From a virus: a stretch of DNA of 64,000 nt. Shown here one piece after another: positions 54,205 to 64,000 of this stretch. Within the stretch, counting starts at the first letter, position 1. Each line of letters begins with the position of its first letter. The stretch lies in IMG/VR virus record IMGVR_UViG_3300050821_016647, positions 32,001 to 96,000 of that record; one strand, 5' to 3'. The notes beneath the pieces were generated by a model, which worked only from the letters and a program-made list of their open reading frames with translations, was not told the DNA's origin and did no database searches. The position numbers and the translations under genes were made by a program.

Positions 54205-54738
54205 TCACGCGTCGGCCTCTTCTTCCTCCTCTTCCTCCTCCTCTTCTTCTTCTTCCTCTTCTTCCTCGTCTCCACCGCCGAGGTCGACGTCGTAGCGGTC
54301 TTCGACCGATTTCTTGTCGAGCACGAGTGGGTACTGGTCGAATTCGCCCCAGCCGTAGTTGCTGGCGTAGACCTCGTAGGCCCACGCGCGCTCCATGGGG
54401 TCGTCGCTCATGAACGCGGCCTTGACCTCGCTGGGCTTCTGGCCCGACGTCTGGGCGGCGGATTTCAAGCTCCCCCAGGTCGGGACGCCTCGGTCGAGAG
54501 GGACGCGGTAGATGGTCCAGCGTGCCTCCTTGTCGTCGAAGTCGACGTCGTCCGGTGGCACCTCGACGTACTCGAGCTCGTAACCGTCGCTGCGGCCCGT
54601 GCTGGCTTCCTGCGGTGACTTGAGCACCTGGCCGCCGTCGTACTCGGGGAAGTTGACGTCGCCGACGGTACCGATGATTTCGTCGCCGAACTTGTTCTTC
54701 TTGGGCTCGCGGGTGCGGCGGGTGTGTGCTCTGGGCAT
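54205..54738 (-). CDS. Hypothetical protein with poly-Glu tail
   Basis: Basic N-terminus; 17 consecutive Glu at the C-terminus. Confidence 0.75.
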   Translation of the reverse strand: MPRAHTRRTREPKKNKFGDEIIGTVGDVNFPEYDGGQVLKSPQEASTGRSDGYELEYVEVPPDDVDFDDKEARWTIYRVPLDRGVPTWGSLKSAAQTSGQKPSEVKAAFMSDDPMERAWAYEVYASNYGWGEFDQYPLVLDKKSVEDRYDVDLGGGDEEEEEEEEEEEEEEEEEADA

Positions 54739-54748
54739 GACGGGCAGA

Positions 54749-55529
54749 TTACCTCACCTCGTCGGGACGCACCAGGTACGCTGGGGTTCGCGGCCCGACC
54801 CACGAGCCCTCGACGTTGAACGAGAAGTATTCCTCGGCGACCTCGCGACGACGCCAGATCGAAGGGTCGCGACGCGTCAGGATCTCGATGCACTTCTCCC
54901 GGTCGTAGACCACGATGGTGGGCTGGCCGCAGCGTGTCACCACGCCCAGGATGGCGTCGTCGAACCCGTCAGCGAAGAGGAGGTCGGGGTCCTCGGTGAG
55001 CTCGACTAGATCGGCGCGGGTCACGCGGCAACCAGCTCTTCCTCGCGCCACGTCTCGACGCGCGCCTCGGTGTCTCGTGTAGCTTCCGCCGCAATGCGCG
55101 CGCCTTCTTCGTCGCACCAGGATGATGCATCTTCGCGTTTGGTCGTCCAAGTAACCTTCTCCGGGTTGGGTCCGCAGTACGGTCCAGACCCGATCACCGG
55201 ATACTCGACGCTAACGAGATAGTCCTTGTACGTGTGGACCTGTCCGTGACTCTGCCAGTTGAATTCACGCTTCACGTAGTGGATATTCATTTCCCTTCGT
55301 AGCCTCCTGAGGCGAGCTTCCGTCGTTGCGTTGGGCTCATCTTCAGGATGAGCGGGCCGATCTCTCGACATTCGGGGTGCTGGGCGTCGCGAGTGCACGA
55401 CTGGACGAACGAGTCCTCGATGTTCTTGTCGTCGAGCACGATGTGCCAGCAGCACCCGGCCAGCGAGCGAAAGTAGATGTCGATCCGGAGCTTCTCCGCG
55501 GCGCGGCATTCTTCGAGGGTGGCACTCAT
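54749..55529 (-). CDS. Three small hypothetical genes (54749..55024, 55021..55290, 55287..55529)
   Basis: GTGA/ATGA overlaps; the first has the phage-type DGFDDAILG...VYDREKC...EYFSFN motif. Confidence 0.65.
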
Positions 55530-55873
55530 TTGCCCGTCTCTCTTTTCTGAATCGAATTTGATCCGCTTGATCGCATAGCAGAGCCAAGCTTTATTTTCTT
55601 CTGCGGCCACCACGGGTCCGGCGCGTACATGCCGAGCTCGTAGAGACCCGCGTTCTTCGGAGTCTTCGGCACCTCATCCCACTTGTTGCCCTTCTCCTTA
55701 TTGCATGTCGGACACGCGATTCGAAAGTTGCGTGGCTTGTTGTTACCGCCTTTGCTCTTCGGTTTTACGTGGTCGACCGTGGCTTGACTGCGCGTGAGCA
55801 GTTTGCCGCAGTAGTGACAAGGAAGTTGGTGTTTGCCTCGGAACTTTTCGGCTTTCCAGTCTCGAGGCCGCAA
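55526..55873 (-). CDS. HNH endonuclease
   Basis: CHYC..TVDHVKPKSKGG..N...ACPTCN..K. Confidence 0.88.
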   Translation of the reverse strand: MRPRDWKAEKFRGKHQLPCHYCGKLLTRSQATVDHVKPKSKGGNNKPRNFRIACPTCNKEKGNKWDEVPKTPKNAGLYELGMYAPDPWWPQKKIKLGSAMRSSGSNSIQKRETGK

Positions 55874-55880
55874 GCGACAC

Positions 55881-56210
55881 CTATGTACCTCCAGAGATCG
55901 CGCCCAGAGTGAGAAGCACGATATCCGGGATTGTGTTTGTTAGGTAAGGTCTCACATTCTTGAGTGCGTTCGCACTCTCGACGAGACGTTCAACTTTCTC
56001 AACTTCTATGTCGTACGCATGTTCTGGTGTCGGGTGTTCTTGGTCATACAAAACTTCGATCCCAACTCCAACCTTGCCGCTAGATCGAATATGGACCGGC
56101 AAGTATCGGCATGCGATAGCGTTGATTATTTTTTCTTTACCTTCGTGTTCGATACGAACGGTGAGCATGTGCTCTGGATCGACGCGAAAGCTTCCATTCA
56201 TGGCTTCCAC
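55881..56210 (-). CDS. Lower-GC hypothetical protein
   Basis: 109 aa; visibly AT-richer than the flanks. Confidence 0.55.
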   Translation of the reverse strand: MEAMNGSFRVDPEHMLTVRIEHEGKEKIINAIACRYLPVHIRSSGKVGVGIEVLYDQEHPTPEHAYDIEVEKVERLVESANALKNVRPYLTNTIPDIVLLTLGAISGGT

Positions 56211-56788
56211 CCTTGCTTTCGTAGCTCTCCGGTGATGTCTGGTGGCGTCCAGCCCACGGGCTTGAGACGCTTGCGTGCACCGCCGGGGCTCGCAGGTTCG
56301 GACCAGACCGGCTCGCCGATGAACTTGGCCATGTTCGTGCGATGGATTTCGGCGGCGATGGGTTCTCCGTCGATGCCGAATTCAAGCCTGGTACCCTCGA
56401 CGACGTAGTCGAGGTCGCCCATGCCGTCGGCGAGCTCAGGCATGTCGACTTGAACCCATCCGTCTTTGATGATGCCCAGCATCTTCGAGTGAAGGTCTTC
56501 GATGTTGTTCCTCTCGGCGCGGGAGAACATCGCCTCCATGACCTCGAAGAACTCCTCGGCGATGAGCTTCGCCCGGAGCCTGACGCGATCGTCGGACGGA
56601 ATGGTCGGCGTCGCCGGATCCTTCATGTCCATCGCGGCGTGGAACTCGGCGACTTGCTCGCGGAGGGTCTGCTTCGGTGGATGGAAGTCGATCCAATCAT
56701 GGGCGCCTGAAACTGTTTTGAAGCACCTATCACCTTTGACCGCGATATCGACTTGTCCACATTCGCGACACACCAGGGATCTAATCAC
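56198..56788 (-). CDS. MazG-like / all-alpha NTP pyrophosphohydrolase
   Basis: VAEFH...LIAEEFFE...ELADGMGDLDYV...EIHRTNMAK. Confidence 0.85.
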   Translation of the reverse strand: MIRSLVCRECGQVDIAVKGDRCFKTVSGAHDWIDFHPPKQTLREQVAEFHAAMDMKDPATPTIPSDDRVRLRAKLIAEEFFEVMEAMFSRAERNNIEDLHSKMLGIIKDGWVQVDMPELADGMGDLDYVVEGTRLEFGIDGEPIAAEIHRTNMAKFIGEPVWSEPASPGGARKRLKPVGWTPPDITGELRKQGWKP

Positions 56789-57314
56789 GTCGTCACCGCC
56801 TCGTTGAGATCCATCGGTACCTTCATCTGCTCCAGCTTCAACGCCGCGCGCCCCTTGTCCGTGAGGCGGTGCCCGTCACCGGCGATGGCGAAACCGCTCT
56901 CGAGCCAGCCCGCTTGCAGGATGGTCTCACGCTCGGCGTCCCATTCGGCTTGGGTCGCGCGCACGCGGCCGTCTTGGTGGTAGTGACGAACGAGGTTTAG
57001 GTCGGAGAAATCTTCCAGGATGCGGCGTTGGGCGTCGTTCATGCGATGAGCTCCCGTAGAGAGTGACAGGCTTTGACCCGGAGGCCGCGCGAGCACTGGA
57101 TAAGTAGTTGTTTCATGCCGGTGTTGTTTCGAATGTAGAGACGCCGTCCATCCCAGATCAGCATGCGACCGAAGCGAAGACATGTATGCGATTCTGGTAG
57201 ACCCTTGTCGAACATCGCGTCTTCGAGGTCGCGCAGTCGAGCGTTGAGGTCTTCCGTGGCCGCGCGCAGGTCTCTGGCGACTTGTAGGAGTCGTTTGCCG
57301 GTGCCTGGGGTCAT
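56785..57314 (-). CDS. Two small hypothetical genes (56785..57042, 57039..57314)
   Basis: ATGA overlaps. Confidence 0.55.
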
Positions 57315-57655
57315 CGCGACTCGAAAGCGGAGCACGAGAAGCTGGGCAGCGTGTACAGGCTCGCTTGGTATCCCGAGCCGTCGAGTAGCAGCATCGGCTT
57401 GGCCTCCATTTCTGCTCGTGGGAGGTTTCTTCTGTTCGCATGAAGAGCGAGCAGGCACCGACGGTGCGAAGGTGGTGGCTGCCACACGTACGCGGCCACT
57501 GGGGTCTCATCCTCCCAGACAGCGAAGGCGTAGGTCGCGTTGTTCCCGACCGAACCATACCCGTGGTAGCGCTCGCAGAGGTCACGCACAACGGCCAGCT
57601 CGCAGCCGTCGAGATTGTAGGACGGGTCTCGGGAGGTCATCTTGGGCGCGCGCAT
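57311..57655 (-). pseudogene. Possible truncated Mom-like (GNAT) DNA-modification gene
   Basis: ERYHGY...TYAFAVWED..PVAAYVWQPP resembles the N-terminal half of Mom-like enzymes; the rest does not. Confidence 0.3.
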
Positions 57656-57954
57656 AGATGGGAGTGTCTACTTGTCGAGGTAAACGTCTGCGAATCGCCG
57701 GAGCGCGTCCGCCTGATCTCGACGACCGATCCCCTCATTCGCCTTCGCAGCTTCGTGGAGCAGACGACCGATCCGCTCCTGTTCGTCGGTGCGAGTGAGC
57801 AGAAGTAGCTCGACGAGGGCCTTCTCCGCTTTCGTCCCACCACTGAGGGCGGCCTCCGTGTTTTGGAGCATCCACTCGTGAGCAGCCTTCTCGTCATTCT
57901 CTTTGTTCGTCATCGAAATATCCTCGTTCGGTTACCTACGCTCCGTCGTTTTCA

Positions 57955-58578
57955 TTACGCGCGGTACCCCATCTGGGCAACGCGTCGAGGCAGGATCGGG
58001 CCAGTTGGCTTCACTCCCAACGGATTCGGCGTGTACCCCTCGAACCACGGTGAGTCGCTCGGCATCGAGAGTCGGGCGAAGCTCCGAAGCGTCTCAACTC
58101 GCATCGGGACGGACTCATGAATCGTGAAAGGGCCGCATTGGTAGACACATCCACCTTGAAGAGGCACCTCGGTTAGTCCGTTGAGCGACGCTCGGGCACC
58201 CTCACATCCCCCGTCATCGTCGAACTCGACATCTAGCTCACCGCGCCAGGCGTGAGCGCCACGAACGCTGGCCCAAAGAAGCATTCCACTCGATGCCCAC
58301 GGCGACGGACCGCCCCACCCGCCCAGACCATCTACGTGTAGACCGGGCCTCCGATGGCACTCACCGGCCTTCACGATGGCCTCGTCGATGGTGATGTACG
58401 CGACCCCGCGGCGGACGGGCGCATGGTTCGCGAGCATCGCGAACGTGCTCCGCCAAAATCGATTGGGGAGGGAGTCTGCATCTTCGAGCAGGACCGGCAT
58501 CATCATGACTCGTGTACCGCTGTACTGCGGGATGTCGTGCCAGATGCCCAGCTTCTCGACCCGGCTTCGGATTCTCAT
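57955..58578 (-). CDS. 2OG-Fe(II) dioxygenase-like (DSBH) protein
   Basis: RRPGLHVDG (HxD), TIHES (distal His), RSFARL (Arg). Confidence 0.6.
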   Translation of the reverse strand: MRIRSRVEKLGIWHDIPQYSGTRVMMMPVLLEDADSLPNRFWRSTFAMLANHAPVRRGVAYITIDEAIVKAGECHRRPGLHVDGLGGWGGPSPWASSGMLLWASVRGAHAWRGELDVEFDDDGGCEGARASLNGLTEVPLQGGCVYQCGPFTIHESVPMRVETLRSFARLSMPSDSPWFEGYTPNPLGVKPTGPILPRRVAQMGYRA

Positions 58579-58657
58579 CGAAATCTTCTCGCGCGCTCGG
58601 ACGGGAGTCTACTTCCCGACCCTTTGTGGAGATCCTCTCTGCCGTTTCGCTTTTTCA

Positions 58658-61600
58658 TTACGGTCCGAACTTCCTAGGCCGGTAGCCATTGACGACCAGC
58701 TTCAGTGCGTACTCTTCTGAGTAGAATACGGTCGGCTGATCGTTGACGAATTCAGGTTCCATAATCCAAACCGAATTCGTTGAAGCTTGTGCTCTGTCTG
58801 CCCTACGTGCGCGTTGTCGGCAGAAGACGTCGCAGATGGGCCCGTCGTTGAGAAGACAGTCTCGGCCGCACTCGATGCATTTGGGGTGTTTCTTAGTCGT
58901 CGTACTTTCCTGATTCATGGTCTTTCCTTGATTCGCAAATCCAGCACGGTTCGAAGGCGTATGATCTCATCCGCCAGATCGGCCGCGATGCTGCCGGCCG
59001 CGAGTGCCTCGGCTTGGACGTCCAGCACGTACCTCTTCTCGCGTAGGAGATTGCCGAGAAGCCGCACCGCTTCGCGCCGTACGAACTCCCCTTGTTCCTG
59101 GGTTTCGGTCTCGACCGCGATTAGGATTAGCGTTTTCATGACCGACCCTGAATCGCCATGACAATGAGCTCCCATGCGTCGAGTAGATGCGCCTCGATCT
59201 TCGCGTCATCCCATGCCTTGGCCAGCATCGACTCGTAGATGGGAGTCGTCATGGCCTCGCGCTTCGTCGCCAGCAGTCTACGGGCAGCGAGTGCCCCGGC
59301 AGCGACGTGTATGACGTCGAGCGCTCGCATGAGCTCGTTGTGAAGAAGCGCGTTGCGGGCGATGGACGGATACTGATCGACATCAACTGGTTTGGGCGAT
59401 ACGACGGCCTCGAGTGCGGAGATGCGGTCGTCCAGTCGATGAAATCGACCGTTATGTAGACGCGCGCCTTCGCTCGTCTCGCCGCAGACTTCGCAGGTTT
59501 TCAAGGCTTTGATTTCAAACATGTTCGCCTTTCAATGCGGCACGACCCTGCTCGCGCATGTCGGAGGAGATGGTGTTGCCCGGCATCTCGACGAACACGC
59601 GCAACGCCTCACGAAGCCTAGCCTCTTCAATGGTAGCTTCGCGCGCCGAGCTAGGGTCGGGATGTCGAGGACACGGATCGTCGCCGGGTTCGTCGCAGTA
59701 GCACGGCGGCTTCGCGGGGGTGGGCTCGGCAAGCATCGGTTCGCCTTCAGAGCTAATGCGTCTCGGAGCATGGTCCCCCGAGTGGCCTTTAGGATGTTTG
59801 CACGGCACCCAACAGCGGTAGGTCGTGTGCCAGTACACGCAATCCGATGTCTTCGGCTTCGGACGAGCAAACGCTTCGCTTATCTCGTCTGCCAGCCCGC
59901 GCCGTATCGCGTACGTGCACCAGCTGCTGGGCGGACCCTCGAGTAGGTATTGTCGAATCTCGTACTCGCGGCGGTCGGCGCCGCGCGCGTATTCCTCGCA
60001 CTGATTGCACTCCGAGCGCAGACGCGCGCCGTGAACGCAGCGTCCAGGGTCACCCTCTTGCTTGGCGTCGGGCGCGTATTTGTCGACGACCGCTTGGGCT
60101 TCTATTCGTGCCCCATACGAGTTGGAGTCGAGCACGCGCCTGAGTGCTCCCAGGAGCTCGTCCCGCCCCGCTCTGAAGTAATCAGCGTTGGCGAGCTCCT
60201 GCGCCGCCGAAGCGCACCAGTTCATGGCGACGAAGCGGAAGTCGGTTTCTTTGCCCAGCGCACCGATGATCTGTTGGGCGGCCTCCATACGGGAGGCGTC
60301 GATCTGGGATTGGGAGAGAGGCTCGGTTCGGCCTTGAGGAGCTCCGTGAAGTAGCGTTCGGAAGAACCGGTCTTCGAGATCTCGGAGAGACTTACGAAGG
60401 CGCGATGCCTCGGCCTCGGCGTTGTCGAACCGGATCTTTTCGAGGCCGTGAGCTTCGCGTTCTTCGACCAGTTCCTTGCGTAGGTCCCTGATGCGTGCAT
60501 CGCGCAGACCGTCGGCCTCGATCTTTGTCATTAGGCCACCTTCGCGCCCGCGGTCGAGGAGGCAAGTTGAATAATCACGGCACTCGGGATGTTTGCAGGG
60601 ACTCATTTTTTCTCCAGGATGCGCTGAGCGCGCGTCGGAATCCCGAGACCTCGACGAAGGCTGAGCAGCACTTCGGGCGCCTTGGCTCCGCGACCGATGG
60701 CCTCCTCGGCTGCGTCGAGGAGCTCGGCCTGGAGCCGTCTAGTGGTTTGTTCCAATCGCCTCTTGAGGAAGAAAGCACCGACGTTGACGAAGACGGACGT
60801 TGCCGACGCGATGAGAACGGTGATTTCGGTGTTCATTTCTTCTCCAGGTACTTTCCGAGTCGTTCTCGTACGGCGCGCACGGCAGGGAGCTTGTTGTCGG
60901 CAGTGAGCTGGATGGGCGGCTTGAGTGTGTCGTAGACCCATTCGAGCAGATCTCTCGCAGCGGCGGATTCCTCGTCGGACGAACCGAGCGTTTGTTCTTT
61001 ACCGGCGAGTTGAGCTTCGAGTTCCTCGATACGCTTGTTCTTCTCTTCGATGAGTTCGTCCCATTTCACTTCGTGTCCCCCTGCGCCCCGCGGCGAATCC
61101 TTTCGAGTGCCGCCTCTTTGCTCTCGTCGGGAACGATACCCATTTGATCAGCAAGTGTAGGGGAGATCAGGCAGTCCTTGCTCGCACCGTTGGTCAGCAT
61201 GCTCACGACCTCTGCGACGGCGGCTAGGGTGACTCCCGTTGCAGCGGGTGCCGTAGGCTCGACGTGTGCCTGCCGCGTCTCGCGCGCCGGGTTCTTGTCG
61301 ACGAGGACGCGACCGTCGTTCAAGTCGTAGGGTCCAAGCTCGTAGACTCCCGCCGCGATGTCTTCGACGGTAGGAGGTGTGATGAGGCGGAAAACTTCGC
61401 CGATCTCCTTGGCGAAGAGCTCGACGGCCCCCTCTCTCGTCTCTTGGTGCACGATGAATTGACGACCCTCGTGCTTCAATCCCCAGCGCTTACTCATGGT
61501 CTGCCTTTCTCAATGTAGGTGCTCCAACGATCTGCCTTCTTTGAGTCGCGGCGACGGGAAGTCGATGGTCGGACAGGACTCGCGGAGACGTTCGAGCAGT

Positions 61601-63041
61601 GCTTCGAGGTTCGCCACGCGACACGCCGGGCAGCCATTCATGAGCGTGGTCGTGTCCGTCGTGCCTTTCTCATTGTCGAAGGCAACGACTATGAGCATCG
61701 TGGAGACTTCGCACTCGTCGGCAACCTCGGTAAGTCGAGACATAAAGCGTTTCTGATTTGCGCTCCCTCTATCTCCGGTCAGTTGCTGAATCGATCGTTT
61801 ACGCATCACGGCCTCCGCTCGGTCGTAATCTCGCCGTCGAGCCGTAGCGTCGCCCACGGTTGGCCGACGCGGCACGTCGGAAGGCACGGCGGCATCGGCT
61901 TGTTCTCCTTCGCCGCACCAACGCGAATCGCTTGGCAGTCGTCGTCGTGGGGCCGGGTCGTGTGCCAGAAGTTGGGACTCGGGTCGTCTTTCATGATGCC
62001 TTTCTCGATTCGTTTATAGCTGTGAAGAAAATTGCTCCGCAGGTTGAGCAGGTTGCATGAAGGTGTGACTCCGATCGAGCCTCACATTTCTTCGGATCCG
62101 GACAAGCCTTCGGAATGTCTTTTACACCGTGAATGCGTTCCGTTTTAGGCTTTCCTACGGGATATGGAACTGTGCCGCAGAACGGACAGGCATCACCAGC
62201 AGCTGGATGCATGTACGGGAAGATTCGAAACTTGGGAGGGGGCGGAGGATCGAGCACGCGGTCCGCGAATCCCAGCGATGCGATGATGACCGCTGCCGTA
62301 GCGATGATGGCGGTTTCGATGATCACGGCTCGGTCCAGGGAGGCATCGTCTCCCAATCGACGAGCTCGCCGAGGTTCTCTAGCTCTGCGCGAGCGTCGGC
62401 AAGCCGGCGTCTATGATGTGAGATGTTGCGTTCGAGCTCTTCTCGTCTTGCCTCTGTGGGTGTCTTCGCGTGATCAGGGTAGTGCCGACGGCGCCAGCCG
62501 CGGATGGTGAAACGCTTGCCTGTCGTCTGGGACTCCAAGCCTTCGATATCACCTCTCGGTTCGGAGTAGAGCGCGACGCACGCGAGGCCCTTCATGCGTT
62601 CCGGGTCGGCGCAGTCGAACGTCGCGCAGATTTCCGAGAGCAGCTGCTTCGCCTCGGTCTTGTTCTTCATGCAGAAGGGACCAAAGCCTTGTCCCCAGCC
62701 TGGTCCTTCGATTTGAACGTGGACCGTCTCGATGAGATGGTCTCCGTCGTAGTCCTGGCGCGCGGCCGTGATCGTCGCCGGCACTCGTAGGTCTTTCGGC
62801 TCGTACTTCATTTGACCCTTCTCAGCTTTGGCGGCGACTTGGGCGTGACGATGCGGCGCCGTGGTTTCCCCTCGACCGTCCTCGCGTGAAGCATCAGGAG
62901 CTTCGCCGCCGCGTCGATGCCTTTGACGACTTCCTCGAGCCTCGTCTGCTCGTCGACCGAGACATCGTTCCAGTAGTCTTCGTGCTGGATCGACCGGGCG
63001 ATGCGGAGGAGCGCGACGGCTTTTTCGCTGAGGGAGGTCAT
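58658..63041 (-). CDS. Cluster of hypothetical genes (58658..58918, 58915..~59139, 59136..59522, 59515..60606, 60603..60836, 60833..61069, 61066..61497, 61510..61887, 61991..62356, 62323..62811, 62808..63041)
   Basis: Coupled overlaps; 61991..62356 has an N-terminal TM and CxxC pairs. Confidence 0.6.
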
Positions 63042-63562
63042 TCCGCGTCATCCGCGCGGCCCACGAGTATGTCGAATTTTTCGAGCAGGTCGGGAGCGAC
63101 TTCTTCTAGGTACTTACGAACCATTTTGTCATCGAGTCCCTTCTTCAGGAGTTGAACGACGTCTTCCTGGTCTTTTCGACGCCACGCTTTCAGCTTCAAA
63201 TAGACGAGGGCACCGGGATCGACGATGGGGATACCCTCGGACTCGTAAGGCTCTTCCACTTGCTCTTCGACGACCTCGTCTGCCATGACATCGACGACGA
63301 CGCCGTTGACGAGGATGGGCATGCCGGGCTTGAAGGTTACAATTCCCCCACCGTGTCGTTCGAACCCCTCTTCACCAACAAGAAAGTCAGCATCCTTGGT
63401 GGCGCGGGGATAGCCGTAGGCACCGACCGCTAACGCTCCGATGAGGGCATGACGTATTCCTAACCTATCGAGCTCTTTTGATGCTCGGGCGGTCGCGTCG
63501 AGAATGCGGTCGGAGACAACGCCGTTGAGAAGTTTGAAGTCCGGCAGATGAACGCGTTTCAT
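63038..63562 (-). CDS. Nucleotidyltransferase (Pol-beta superfamily, minimal type)
   Basis: GGGAG RBS; LIGALAV.AYGYPRATKDADFLV, VDVM, LK..AWRRKDQED. Confidence 0.75.
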   Translation of the reverse strand: MKRVHLPDFKLLNGVVSDRILDATARASKELDRLGIRHALIGALAVGAYGYPRATKDADFLVGEEGFERHGGGIVTFKPGMPILVNGVVVDVMADEVVEEQVEEPYESEGIPIVDPGALVYLKLKAWRRKDQEDVVQLLKKGLDDKMVRKYLEEVAPDLLEKFDILVGRADDAE

Positions 63563-63582
63563 GTTTTTCTCCCGTGAACCCG

Positions 63583-63756
63583 TCAGTAGCGACCCTCTGC
63601 CTCCTGTCGAATCCATTTGCGCAGCATTCCGCTTGCGGTCAGGCCGTTGGCCTTAGCGGCCTTGAGGAGCCATTCCTTCTCGGTCTTCGAGAGCGTGAGG
63701 TGGATGTGTTCCGGTCTGTACGTGAGGTCCACGACATCCGGGCGCTGTTTCTTCAT
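63583..63756 (-). CDS. RHH-like regulator (57 aa, not in ORF track)
   Basis: HIHLTLSKTEKEWLLKAAKANGLTASGMLRKWI. Confidence 0.65.
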   Translation of the reverse strand: MKKQRPDVVDLTYRPEHIHLTLSKTEKEWLLKAAKANGLTASGMLRKWIRQEAEGRY

Positions 63757-63859
63757 GACCCACTTTCTGAACTAAAAATGAACATCGGTCAAGATGGATT
63801 CAACAGGCCCGTGTCGATTTGCCATACAGGCCCGGACCGGTGTAGTCTCGTTTCTCGAG

Positions 63860-64000
63860 ATGCCGACCAAGCAAAAGTCCGTTTCCGAACGCAGTCTTAC
63901 ACCTCTCTGCCTCAGGTTCCGGGCTCAAGACCTGGAAGCAGTGCGTGCCGTAGCGGCGAAAAGTGCCGAAGCGTGCACGGTGTTTTTGCGCGAAGTCATC
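63860..64000 (+). CDS. Divergent RHH-like regulator, partial
   Basis: LCLRFRAQDLEAVRAVAAKS..TVFLREVI; preceded by TTGCCA-N18-TAGTCT. Confidence 0.5.
   Translation, partial: MPTKQKSVSERSLTPLCLRFRAQDLEAVRAVAAKSAEACTVFLREVI

Overview
This window is a 64-kb internal segment of a large, high-GC (about 60-65% by eye) bacterial virus genome. Genes are tightly packed, mostly with ATGA/GTGA/TGATG overlaps. There are four blocks. (1) 1-27.7 kb, minus strand: a morphogenesis module with no recognisable terminase, portal, HK97 capsid, tail tube or tape measure. It carries fibre/beta-helix proteins, two LysM proteins, three beta-rich paralogues that look like jelly-roll capsid proteins, a protamine-like Arg-rich core protein, about 13 membrane-anchored proteins, a transglutaminase-like Cys-His-Asp enzyme, a JAB protein and a GroES-like protein. 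A GIY-YIG homing endonuclease sits antisense inside it. (2) 28.1-43.6 kb, minus: ThyX-like enzyme, histone-like protein, small hypotheticals, SF2 helicase, SSB-like protein, AAA_24 ATPase, PD-(D/E)XK nuclease, DNA methyltransferase and a cupin. (3) 44.1-53.6 kb, plus: TOPRIM/SF3 primase-helicase followed by an ori-like repeat cluster, RHH, T5orf172, HD hydrolase, dCMP deaminase, a ubiquitin-like protein and a thaumatin-like lipoprotein. (4) 53.8-63.8 kb, minus: HNH, MazG-like, 2OG-Fe(II)-like and nucleotidyltransferase genes plus hypotheticals. Best-supported reading: a tailless, internal-membrane (Varidnaviria/Singelaviria-like) virus, with Myxococcota as a tentative host. The most striking signal is a G-[LVF]-G motif, often preceded by an 'AF' leader, found more than 35 times in about 15 structural genes around the transglutaminase-like enzyme; this suggests an undescribed virion maturation or cross-linking code. 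All family assignments come from motif recognition by eye; no searches were run. Several starts were moved from the ORF track using RBS and overlap evidence.
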